Assembly (NCBI GenBank): GCA_050952805.1
Contig: JBMNLM010000001.1
Span: 6,451 to 70,450, forward strand
Reading direction: 5' to 3'
From: Bacilli bacterium
GTDB lineage: Bacteria > Bacillota_I > Bacilli_A > RFN20 > CAG-826
DNA length: 64,000 bases
Shown in pieces: positions 1 to 8,815 of the stretch (position 1 is its first letter; every line of letters begins with the position of its first letter). A model generated the notes under the pieces. The model did no database searches and was not told where the DNA came from. It was given only the letters and a program-made list of their open reading frames with translations. Made by a program: the position numbers and the translations under genes.

Positions 1-906
1 AAAGTGTTAGCTGACGAACCATTCTCTCAATTTGGTGACTTATACCTTCTTGGCCGTCACAAAGTCCTCTGTGGAGATTCCACTAAGATTGAAGACTTTG
101 AAAGAGTACTTGATGGTGAAGCAATCGACCTTATTGTCACTGATCCACCGTATAACGTTAATGTCGGTGCGAAAGGTGATGCGAACGATGTCTTCGATAA
201 CAGGAAGATTCTAAATGACCATATGGATAGCGATGATTTTGTCGAATTCCTTGGCAAATCCTTCACGAATATCGAAAAATCGCTTAAAAAGGGCGGTGCA
301 GCATATGTGTTTCATGCATCATCTTCACTTGTCGAATTTGACATAGCGCTTCGAAAAGTAAACCTTAAACCAAGACAGCAACTCATCTGGAACAAGAATA
401 CATTTGTCCTAGGTCGCCAGGATTATCAATGGAAACACGAAGCCATCTATTATTCATTTAAAGAAGGTGAAGCCCATTACTTTGTTAATGATCGTACACA
501 GTCGACAGTCATTGATACTCCTTATTTAGATTTCAAAGCGATGAAAAAAGATGAGCTCATCACCTTGCTTGAAGATATTTACTCAAAGACAATGCCAACG
601 GTCATTAATGAAAATAAACCCGCTAAATGCGACTTACACCCGACGATGAAACCGATAAACCTACTAGGAACGCTTATAAAGAATTCGAGTCGAAAAGACG
701 AAATCGTCATGGATCCATTCGGTGGCAGTGGTTCAACGCTTATTGCCGCGAACCAGTTGAACAGGAAAGCAAGACTGATTGAACTCGAACGCCATTACGT
801 CGATGTCATCGTTAAAAGATATCTAGAAGACACAGGCGACATCCTTGATGCCTACTTGGTAAGGGGACGGGAAAACAATCCCTTTAACCGAAATCGAATA
901 CTTTAA
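1..906 (+). CDS. phage-type DNA amino-methyltransferase (N6-adenine/N4-cytosine, beta-class), 5' end outside window
   Basis: ORF open to the window edge. DPPYNVN (motif IV) precedes the C-terminal VMDPFGGSGST (motif I), which is the beta-class order. GC and codon usage are higher than in the rest of the window. Confidence 0.75.
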   Translation, partial: KVLADEPFSQFGDLYLLGRHKVLCGDSTKIEDFERVLDGEAIDLIVTDPPYNVNVGAKGDANDVFDNRKILNDHMDSDDFVEFLGKSFTNIEKSLKKGGAAYVFHASSSLVEFDIALRKVNLKPRQQLIWNKNTFVLGRQDYQWKHEAIYYSFKEGEAHYFVNDRTQSTVIDTPYLDFKAMKKDELITLLEDIYSKTMPTVINENKPAKCDLHPTMKPINLLGTLIKNSSRKDEIVMDPFGGSGSTLIAANQLNRKARLIELERHYVDVIVKRYLEDTGDILDAYLVRGRENNPFNRNRIL

Positions 907-923
907 GTTGGAGGAAGAAGAAA

Positions 924-2042
924 ATGACAGTCAAAACTAGTGAAGCGGTCTTTAAAGGACATCCCGATAAGGTCTGTGATCAGATAGCTGATGGTCTTCT
1001 TGATGTTCTCTTATCCCACGACAAAGATTCAAGAGTGGCCATCGAATGCCTTATCAAAGATAACTTCGTTGTCATTGCCGGAGAAGTTACAAGTAACTAC
1101 TCGATTGATTACGCTAAAGAAACAAAAAGAATTCTTGAAGAAATCGGATACACTGATGATTTCGAAGTAATCGTAAAAGTTTCAGAGCAATCAAACGATA
1201 TCAAAGTCGGAGTCGATAACCTTGGAGCGGGTGACCAAGGAATTATGTATGGTTATGCTACAGACGAAACGAAAGAGTGCTTACCACTTCCCTACGTCTT
1301 ATCAAGAAACATTGCCAAACGAATGGATGAAGTTAACCGTCAAAATCCTTCCATTTTCGGACTAGATGGAAAGTGCCAGGTGTCCATCGTCTATGATGGT
1401 GATAAAGCACGACACATATCTACAGTCATTGTGAGTGCTCAGACAAAACTAGGAATCAGCCGTGAAGAATATGAACCCTATATCCTTGAAGTTCTTGAAG
1501 AAGTACTACCATGCGAGTTAACAGATACGAGTACATTGATTCTCATTAATCCAACTGGAGAGTTTGTCACTGGAGGCCCTTATGCCGATAGTGGTGTTAC
1601 CGGTCGAAAACTCCAGGTTGATAGTTACGGAACTCTAGCTTTGCATGGTGGTGATGCTTATTCAGGAAAAGACTATACGAAAGTCGATAGAAGCGGTTCT
1701 TACTTTGCTAGATATGTCGCTAAAGCCATCGTCAAAGCCAAACTAGCCACTTCTTGCCGCGTATCGGTCGCTTATGCCATTGGAGTACCATTCCCGGTAA
1801 TGGTCGATGTCAAGGCCAAGAATAGCGAATTTAGTAACGATGAACTTCGAAAGATAATCAACAAAGTCTTTGACTTTGCTCCATCGAATATCATCAAAGA
1901 GTTAAAACTCAAAGAGCAAACATATCAACCACTTGCAACTTATGGTCACTTCGGAAGTAAAGACTATCCTTGGGAAGAGGTATCAGACGAAGTGATAAGC
2001 CAATTAAAAGAGGTTAGTGATTCATTGAATGGCCAAAACTGA
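924..2042 (+). CDS. metK: S-adenosylmethionine synthetase (MetK-like, divergent; mobile-element encoded)
   Basis: MetK motifs GHPDKVCDQIAD, GAGDQGIMYGYA, DGKCQV and HGGDAYSGKDYTKVDRSGSYFARYVAK (the canonical form is GGGAFSGKDxTKVDRSAAY). An RBS (GGAGGAAG) lies upstream. Confidence 0.7.
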   Translation: MTVKTSEAVFKGHPDKVCDQIADGLLDVLLSHDKDSRVAIECLIKDNFVVIAGEVTSNYSIDYAKETKRILEEIGYTDDFEVIVKVSEQSNDIKVGVDNLGAGDQGIMYGYATDETKECLPLPYVLSRNIAKRMDEVNRQNPSIFGLDGKCQVSIVYDGDKARHISTVIVSAQTKLGISREEYEPYILEVLEEVLPCELTDTSTLILINPTGEFVTGGPYADSGVTGRKLQVDSYGTLALHGGDAYSGKDYTKVDRSGSYFARYVAKAIVKAKLATSCRVSVAYAIGVPFPVMVDVKAKNSEFSNDELRKIINKVFDFAPSNIIKELKLKEQTYQPLATYGHFGSKDYPWEEVSDEVISQLKEVSDSLNGQN

Positions 2043-2322
2043 AAGACTCCAAAAGTTCTATAATTCTCTTTTATGGCAAAAAGCCAGGGATTATAAAATG
2101 GCTAGTGCTGGATATCTATGCGAAGTATGTGGTGGAGTCGGAGAAATCGTTCACCATAAGGTTCCACTAACTGAAGCCAATATGCATAATCCGAAAATCA
2201 GCATTGATAACGAAAATCTTCAACTCGTTTGCCGTAGCTGTCATAAGCGAATTCATGATGAACTGGATGGAAAAGGACGAAGAATCAGGTTTGATAAAGA
2301 TGGCAATATAAAGCCTTACTAA
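2029..2322 (+). CDS. HNH endonuclease (phage-type, small)
   Basis: CEVCGG...HHKVPL...CRSCHKRIH forms the HNH zinc-finger-like motif. It overlaps the metK stop by 14 nt. Confidence 0.7.
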   Translation: MAKTERLQKFYNSLLWQKARDYKMASAGYLCEVCGGVGEIVHHKVPLTEANMHNPKISIDNENLQLVCRSCHKRIHDELDGKGRRIRFDKDGNIKPY

Positions 2323-2359
2323 AAATATTTTAAAAAATTTGATACAAATTGACGTTTGC

Positions 2360-2387
2360 CCTCCTATTTATTAGTAGGAGGTTTTTT
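2360..2387 (+). terminator. intrinsic terminator hairpin whose 3' arm is the AGGAGG RBS of the next gene
   Basis: CCTCCTA-8nt-TAGGAGG followed by TTTTTT, then ATG at 2388. It coincides with the GC-content break. Confidence 0.55.
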
Positions 2388-2687
2388 ATGAATCTAAAAC
2401 TAGATGACGAAATTAACGAAGTGGTTAGACTGATCACTATCGAAAAGAGGCTAGGCAAGACCTCAATCACAAAGGAAGATGCGGACTTCGTAAAAACACT
2501 TGCTGACAAGAAGCGTTATCCGCGAGCGGAGTATATCCTCGCAAGGATGTACATATGTGGATATAAGACCGAGGAGAATAAACCTTCAGGTTTGAAGTAT
2601 CTAGCAAAGAGCAGTCGGCACGCAAGTTTCGACATCCAATTGAAGATTGCTTATATGTCAATGTTCTTAGTGAAACAAAGACGATAA
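2388..2687 (+). CDS. hypothetical protein with a Sel1/TPR-like repeat
   Basis: ATG 7 nt after AGGAGG. ARMYICGYKTEENKPSGLKYLAKS resembles a Sel1 repeat. Confidence 0.4.
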   Translation: MNLKLDDEINEVVRLITIEKRLGKTSITKEDADFVKTLADKKRYPRAEYILARMYICGYKTEENKPSGLKYLAKSSRHASFDIQLKIAYMSMFLVKQRR

Positions 2688-2865
2688 AGGAGTGTCTTAA
2701 AAGTGCTCGAGATTATTGCATTTAGTTTTGATTTTGAAACAGCTAAAAGGTTAGTTTTTTTAAATATATTGTTGTTATTATACTTATCCTGTCGAATGCA
2801 AACATAATCGTAGTTTCATTTGAAAATTATCTAAAAAACTAATATAATAAAAAAAAAGAGGAAAA

Positions 2866-3291
2866 ATGAAAGTAAAAATTATCTTTATAGGTTTAATGTC
2901 TATATTTGGACTATCTTTATCAAGTTGTAATACTTTTTCAAATAGTCATGAAGACACAAGTAAAACCGATGATAACATTGGTGACAATGCTGGTATATTA
3001 ACTGCACAAATACCTCAATCATTTATTTTTAAAGAGTTAGCGTATGAAGTCAATTCTAAATTCCACGGTGAAAAGGTGACCAAAGAATTGTTGGGTTATA
3101 TTATTAGAAGTAATGATCTTGAAAATTGTTTAATTGAATATCCAAATTTAGATTTCGTCATATATGATTCGGTATATGATTCGGAAAATAATAACCGTGT
3201 TCCAATTTATGAATTAGAAAATTATGATGTTTCATCATTAGTTGGTGTCTATTGTTGCGGTTCTATATCTGTTTTTGAAAACATCCATTAA
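2866..3291 (+). CDS. hypothetical lipoprotein
   Basis: Signal peptide plus an LSLSSC lipobox. An A9 tract and an AGAGGA RBS lie upstream. Very AT-rich. Confidence 0.45.
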   Translation: MKVKIIFIGLMSIFGLSLSSCNTFSNSHEDTSKTDDNIGDNAGILTAQIPQSFIFKELAYEVNSKFHGEKVTKELLGYIIRSNDLENCLIEYPNLDFVIYDSVYDSENNNRVPIYELENYDVSSLVGVYCCGSISVFENIH

Positions 3292-3317
3292 TATAATTTT
3301 AACTAAGGAGGGTTACG

Positions 3318-3527
3318 ATGAAACTACTATTAATTATTATTGGTCTTCTAATTCCGACTACAGTTGCCAGCAATACTAGAAATAATACACAAAGCCTAGG
3401 TCAAGATTTTTATGAAGAAAGTGTTACCGTTAATGTTGAAAACATTCCGCAAGACGGGTACATAGAAAAGAAATCAATAAATCTTGCTAGACAAACAAAT
3501 GTCCCTAATATTAATAAAGTAAATTAG
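3318..3527 (+). CDS. small secreted hypothetical protein
   Basis: AAGGAGGG RBS and an N-terminal signal-like hydrophobic segment. Confidence 0.35.
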   Translation: MKLLLIIIGLLIPTTVASNTRNNTQSLGQDFYEESVTVNVENIPQDGYIEKKSINLARQTNVPNINKVN

Positions 3528-3618
3528 TATTAGTTTCTTTATATTAATTATTATTAATTTTAGGTTTTGCGTGCTAGAAGCACATTAAAACTGCTAAAAT
3601 TAAATGTGAGTTTTAAAG

Positions 3619-4329
3619 ATGAAAGAAGCGAAATTTAATAAACAATTATTTAAACGGTGCCTAATTTACTTAATCGGGGCAATTATTCTCTCTTTTGGTG
3701 TTCAACTAGTTATTTATACAAATATTGGATCTTCGCCAATTGATGCGCTTGACTACTATCTTGCCCGTATCTTTTTACAACTTTTTAATAATGGCGATTT
3801 CTCGCGGATTAGTAGTGCAATTGGCATTGCCTATTTTGTCCTTGCGACGATTATTACTTTACTTTTAATCATAATTACAAGAGATAAGAAACTCTTTTTA
3901 ATCTTTTTAAATATAATTCTCTTATCGTTTCTTATTTGGTCATGGGGATTTTTATTTGATTCTTTTCCGCCTTTAGAAATGCACTATTTATTAAAATTAC
4001 TCATTGCAATAATAGGCATTATCATTCTTTCTTTTGGTGTAACGCTAATTATAATTACGGATTTACCCGCAGCCCACACCGAAGAAATAATGAAGTTATT
4101 AAACAAGAAAACGAACAATTTCTTTTTATCAAAATTAATTATTGAAAGTGTTTATATTATCCTTGCTTTTATTGCAATGATTATCTCACTTGTCGTTATA
4201 GATGGGGGTAAAGTCGAATTTACACAAATTAGTTTCTTTACGATTTTAAACTTATTATTAGTATCTTTCTTTATTTGGCTTTTTGATTTAATTTTTAAAA
4301 AAATTCGAAAAAAACCAGAAACTAATTAA
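3619..4329 (+). CDS. YczE/YitT-like (DUF161-type) integral membrane protein
   Basis: Multiple TM helices. Repeated G..x..GSSPIDAL / TDLPAAHTEE motifs resemble the GP-D motif of YitT/YczE proteins. Confidence 0.4.
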   Translation: MKEAKFNKQLFKRCLIYLIGAIILSFGVQLVIYTNIGSSPIDALDYYLARIFLQLFNNGDFSRISSAIGIAYFVLATIITLLLIIITRDKKLFLIFLNIILLSFLIWSWGFLFDSFPPLEMHYLLKLLIAIIGIIILSFGVTLIIITDLPAAHTEEIMKLLNKKTNNFFLSKLIIESVYIILAFIAMIISLVVIDGGKVEFTQISFFTILNLLLVSFFIWLFDLIFKKIRKKPETN

Positions 4330-4476
4330 CCTAATTTTATAAATATATAGCATTTTACAACTGCTTTTTATCGTTAATTTATTCACGATTATTTTTTTTG
4401 ATTTTCGTTTTAATCTGCAATTTATATGTTAATATATATTTGCACACATAATAAAATTCAAGGAGGAGATAATTTT

Positions 4477-5586
4477 ATGAAGAAAAAAGCTTTTGTTACT
4501 ACTTTAATGGTTGCATTAGCAGGTGCCGCACTTGTGTCGTGTGGCAAAAAGACCTACGAAATCGCCCTAGTTACAGACGTAGGCACGATTAACGATAAAT
4601 CGTTTAACCAAGGCGCATGGGAAGGCGTACAAGCTTATGCTAAAGAACATAATATTAGCTATAAGTATTACCAACCCGAAGAAAAATCAACTGAAAAGTA
4701 CGTTGAATCAGCAGAAGTCGCGATTAAAAACGGTGCTAAAGTTGTAGTAACACCAGGTTTCTTATTTGAAAACGCTGTTTGGACACTTCAAACTGCTCAC
4801 CCTGATGTTAAATTCATTCTTCTCGATGGTGCCCCCCACAACGTAACCGACTGGGATACGATGGCCACAGTCGATGGAAGCGAAGCAGACTTTACAGTTA
4901 AAGAAAACGTCTATTCTATCTTCTATGCTGAACAAGAAGCCGGCTTCCTTGCAGGCTTCGCTGCCGTTAAAGAAGGATTCCGCAAACTCGGCTACATGGG
5001 CGGAATGAGCGTTCCTGCCGTTGTCCGCTTTGGTACTGGCTACATTGAAGGCGCAATGGCCGCTGCTGATGAACTAGGACTCGAAGATGGCGAAGTTACG
5101 ATGAAGTTCACCTACCTTAATTCATTCTTACCAGAAGAACAACATCAAACACTCTCGACCTCTTGGTTTGGAACTGGTACGGAAGTTATCTTTGCCGCCG
5201 CTGGTGGAGCAGGAAGCTCTGTCATGGCTGCAGCCGAAAAACTCGAAAACAAATGGGTTATCGGTGTTGACGTTGACCAAAGTTCAGAATCACGCACAGT
5301 CTTAACCTCAGCTGTTAAAGGATTAAAATCTTCTGTTATTCAAACATTAGAAAAAATCTATGCTAACGAAAAAGGTGGAGAATCAGTAACTCTTGATGCA
5401 AAAGTAGATGGTGTTGGTTTACCAAATGACTTCTCAAGATTTAAAAACTTCACCCAAGAAGATTACGAAGCAGTATTTGCAAAAGTCAAAGACGGAACTT
5501 ATGCTCCAGTCTTCCATCCAAATGGTGATGGACTAGATTACAAAGCAATTGGTGGAACTAGAGTACCTGTTGACTATATCGAATAA
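4477..5586 (+). CDS. BMP-family (PnrA/Med-like) ABC transporter substrate-binding lipoprotein, nucleoside-type
   Basis: AGGAGG RBS, lipobox LVSCGK, and BMP-family length and composition. First gene of an ABC operon. Confidence 0.75.
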   Translation: MKKKAFVTTLMVALAGAALVSCGKKTYEIALVTDVGTINDKSFNQGAWEGVQAYAKEHNISYKYYQPEEKSTEKYVESAEVAIKNGAKVVVTPGFLFENAVWTLQTAHPDVKFILLDGAPHNVTDWDTMATVDGSEADFTVKENVYSIFYAEQEAGFLAGFAAVKEGFRKLGYMGGMSVPAVVRFGTGYIEGAMAAADELGLEDGEVTMKFTYLNSFLPEEQHQTLSTSWFGTGTEVIFAAAGGAGSSVMAAAEKLENKWVIGVDVDQSSESRTVLTSAVKGLKSSVIQTLEKIYANEKGGESVTLDAKVDGVGLPNDFSRFKNFTQEDYEAVFAKVKDGTYAPVFHPNGDGLDYKAIGGTRVPVDYIE

Positions 5587-5603
5587 AGCGATTTAATCTT
5601 TAA

Positions 5604-5636
5604 AAAGGCCGTAGGTACTACGGCCTTTCTTTTTTT
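5604..5636 (+). terminator. Rho-independent terminator (possibly partial read-through into the ABC ATPase)
   Basis: AAAGGCCGTAG-gta-CTACGGCCTTT followed by a T-run. Confidence 0.6.
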
Positions 5637-5702
5637 AAATTTGTAAATATACTTTTATATTATATGCTACAATAAGAATATATTTTATAGGGAGTCAAAG
5701 AA

Positions 5703-7229
5703 ATGGCTTACGTAATTGAAATGCTAAATATTACGAAAGCTTTCCCTGGCGTTGTTGCAAATGATAATGTAACCCTTCAAGTTGAAGAAGGAGAAATTCA
5801 CGCTCTTTTAGGTGAAAATGGCGCCGGAAAAAGCACTTTGATGTCGATTCTTTTTGGTCTTTATCAACCAGATAGCGGCGTAATCAAAGTGCGGGGAGAA
5901 GTCGTAAATATTAAAAACCCAAATGATGCTAATGATCTAAAAATTGGCATGGTCCATCAACATTTTAAACTTGTTGAAAATTATACGGTGCTTGAAAATA
6001 TCGTTTTAGGTCGCGAGACGACTAAAGGCGTCTTTTTGGACAAAAAAGCACCACGAGAAAAGATTCTTGAACTAACAAAACGTTATGGTCTTCACATCGA
6101 TTTAGATGCAAAAATTGAAGATGTTACTGTTGGAATGCAACAAAGAGTCGAAATTTTAAAAATGCTTTATCGCGACGCAGAAATTCTTATTTTTGATGAG
6201 CCGACCGCAGTTTTGACACCACAAGAAATTACAGAATTAATGGAAAACATGCGGCACTTAGTAAAAGAAGGTAAATCAATTATTTTAATTACCCATAAAC
6301 TAAATGAAATTAAAATGGTCGCTGATCGCTGTAGTGTTCTAAGAAAAGGAAAATACATCGGTACAGTTGATGTAAAAACGACGAGTGTCGAAGAAATGGC
6401 AAGAATGATGGTTGGTCGCGATGTTAGTTTCTATATTGAAAGAGAAGAAGCTAAACCAGGCCTACCAATCTTAGAAGTAGAAAACATTTGCCATCATAAC
6501 GTTATCTTTAAAAAGGATGATTTATTCGATGTCTCATTTAACGTTAGAGCAGGCGAAATTGTCGTTGTCGCTGGGATTGATGGTAACGGTCAAACTGAAC
6601 TTGCCCGCGTTATAACAGGGTTAGACCCTGCAAAAAGCGGGAAAATCATCCTAAATGGTGTCGATATTACTAATTTAAGTATTCGAAAGAAAACACTAAC
6701 GGGTTTATGTCATATTCCTGAAGACAGACACCGCGATGGTTTAGTCTTAGACTTCGATTTAGCAGAAAACTTAATTCTGCAAACTTATTTTGATAAAGAA
6801 TTTCAAACTGCAGGCTTTTTTAAATTTGGAAATATTGCAAAGCATGCTGATGAATTAATTGATAAATTTGACATTCGCGCAGGACAAGGAAGAAAGACAC
6901 TTATGCGCTCCATGAGTGGCGGGAACCAACAAAAAGCAATTATTGCTCGTGAACTAAGTCGCCCGACCGACTTAGTCGTCGCTGTTCAACCTACAAGAGG
7001 ACTTGACGTCGGCGCGGTTGAATATATTCACCGCCAACTAATTGGTCTAAGAGATGAAGGGAAAGCAATTTTAGTTTTCTCACTTGAATTAGATGAAGTC
7101 TTTGGTATCGCAGATCGGATTCTTGTTATGTTTGGAGGAAGAATTGTCGCAGATCTAGATCCAAAGAAAACTGATGAAAATGAATTAGGTCTATATATGT
7201 CTGGGTCAAAAGGAGGTAAAGTTGAATGA
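5703..7229 (+). CDS. ABC transporter ATP-binding protein, duplicated ABC domains (nucleoside/sugar type)
   Basis: Walker A GENGAGKST, the LSGGNQQK signature and a second NBD (GIDGNGQTE). Confidence 0.85.
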   Translation: MAYVIEMLNITKAFPGVVANDNVTLQVEEGEIHALLGENGAGKSTLMSILFGLYQPDSGVIKVRGEVVNIKNPNDANDLKIGMVHQHFKLVENYTVLENIVLGRETTKGVFLDKKAPREKILELTKRYGLHIDLDAKIEDVTVGMQQRVEILKMLYRDAEILIFDEPTAVLTPQEITELMENMRHLVKEGKSIILITHKLNEIKMVADRCSVLRKGKYIGTVDVKTTSVEEMARMMVGRDVSFYIEREEAKPGLPILEVENICHHNVIFKKDDLFDVSFNVRAGEIVVVAGIDGNGQTELARVITGLDPAKSGKIILNGVDITNLSIRKKTLTGLCHIPEDRHRDGLVLDFDLAENLILQTYFDKEFQTAGFFKFGNIAKHADELIDKFDIRAGQGRKTLMRSMSGGNQQKAIIARELSRPTDLVVAVQPTRGLDVGAVEYIHRQLIGLRDEGKAILVFSLELDEVFGIADRILVMFGGRIVADLDPKKTDENELGLYMSGSKGGKVE

Positions 7230-8815
7230 GTGAAAAAGAATTAAAAATCAACGAAGTTAATCAAACTGATGATTTAAAACCTCAAATACAAGATGAAAAA
7301 GCAAAAGGGTATGTAAAAACGACTCTCTATTTGCTACTTGCTGCGGTCATTCTTTCAATTATTCTTATTGCAATCGCGGGAGGAGACGGACTATTCGGCT
7401 CTCCAACTAGTGCAGAAGTTAGTAAATACTTTTCAAAAACAATATTATTATTTATTTCCTTATCAATCGTTGGCGTTATCGCGCTTGTCTTTTATATCCT
7501 TGCTTTTGTTCATGCATTAAAACTAGAAAATAAAACGATAACGATACTATTTTCAGTTGGATTTGTTGTCCCTGTTGTAAGAGTAGTTGCTTTATTTATG
7601 TTTTTATCAAAGTTAAAAGCAAGAGACCCGCTACCAAAGAAGAAGACAACCTTTAAAGATTTTATGATGAAAGATTATACGAAAAAATCTTTCTCTGTTA
7701 TTATTTCTATTCTTTGCGGGCTTCTTTTTGGCCTAGTTATTATGCTAATTGTTAATCCTCCTCAAGCATTTGGAGGTTTAGGCGCGATTTTATCCGCCGG
7801 GTTCTTACACGGTGGGAAAAGTTTTGGCCGCGTTTTATTTAATGCTGCCCCGCTTATTTTAACTGGGTTATCTGTTGCATTTGCCTTTAAAACTGGTTTA
7901 TTTAATATTGGTGCATCCGGACAATTAATGATTGGCTCATTTATTGCTGTTTATATTGGTGTTAAATGGAATTTACCACCGACAATTCACTGGATTGTTG
8001 CAGTCCTAGGCGGAATTTTAGGTGGCGCCCTGTGGGCGGTAATTCCTGCTTTACTTAAGGCATTTTTAAATGTTCACGAAGTTGTTGCAACAATCATGAT
8101 GAACTATATTGCAATGTATACTTCAAAAATGCTAATTCAAGCTACGATTTATGATCCAGTTCGCCAAGAATCAAAAGTCGTTTTAGAGACGGCGAGGTTA
8201 CCAAAGTGGGGACTAGATCAACTCTTTGGTTATCATGAGTTAAATATCGGGATAATTATTGCAATTGTTACGGCGATTATTATCTTTTTAATACTTCAAA
8301 AAACGACATTTGGCTATCAGCTAAAAGCTGTCGGTTCAAATAGACATGCGGCAAGATATGCCGGAATTAACGACAAAAGAAATATTATTTTATCGCTTGT
8401 TATTGCTGGGGCACTTTCAGGTCTAGCAGGTGCGGTAATTTATCTCGTTCCTGGAACTGGGATGCGACTAGAAACAAAAGAAATTATTTCTCCCTATGGG
8501 TTCTCTGGTATTGCTGTTGCCTTACTGGGTATGTCTCACCCCGTTGGGACAATGTTTTCAGGACTCTTCTTTGGCTATATTGAAGCGGCAAACCTTGAAC
8601 TGCAATCTTGGGACTTCAAACGAGAAATTATTGATATTATTTCTGCAAGTATTGTCTATTTCTCGGCATTTTCGCTATATTTCCAAATGTTCCTTGAAAA
8701 AATGTTTAAAAAGAAAAAAGAGAAGAATACGAAAAATCTCGATGAAACTCCCCCAGGAGACGATAGCGGCACTCCCGCTTTAGAGATTACGGAAGGAGGT
8801 GTCGAACATGCCTAA
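7226..8815 (+). CDS. ABC transporter permease (BMP-system, NupB/RnsC-like) with N-terminal TM extension
   Basis: Polytopic. Start overlaps the ATPase stop (ATGA coupling). Confidence 0.75.
   Translation: MSEKELKINEVNQTDDLKPQIQDEKAKGYVKTTLYLLLAAVILSIILIAIAGGDGLFGSPTSAEVSKYFSKTILLFISLSIVGVIALVFYILAFVHALKLENKTITILFSVGFVVPVVRVVALFMFLSKLKARDPLPKKKTTFKDFMMKDYTKKSFSVIISILCGLLFGLVIMLIVNPPQAFGGLGAILSAGFLHGGKSFGRVLFNAAPLILTGLSVAFAFKTGLFNIGASGQLMIGSFIAVYIGVKWNLPPTIHWIVAVLGGILGGALWAVIPALLKAFLNVHEVVATIMMNYIAMYTSKMLIQATIYDPVRQESKVVLETARLPKWGLDQLFGYHELNIGIIIAIVTAIIIFLILQKTTFGYQLKAVGSNRHAARYAGINDKRNIILSLVIAGALSGLAGAVIYLVPGTGMRLETKEIISPYGFSGIAVALLGMSHPVGTMFSGLFFGYIEAANLELQSWDFKREIIDIISASIVYFSAFSLYFQMFLEKMFKKKKEKNTKNLDETPPGDDSGTPALEITEGGVEHA

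Noticed and set aside
4330-4476. Purine/nucleoside riboswitch upstream of the BMP-ABC operons
   Set aside because: The intergenic regions are short, extremely AT-rich and lack the conserved purine-riboswitch junction or any extended conserved stem architecture.
6167-6358. Antisense and overlapping small ORFs from the six-frame track (e.g. 6167-6358 -, 16059-16244 +, 20370-20705 +, 22771-23055 +, 37106-37490, 43838-44143 -, 45087-45437 -, 50337-50964, 61964-62332 -, 63327-63578 -)
   Set aside because: All lie entirely inside longer ORFs with strong homology-type signatures on the other strand or frame, and have no RBS. They are treated as shadow ORFs.
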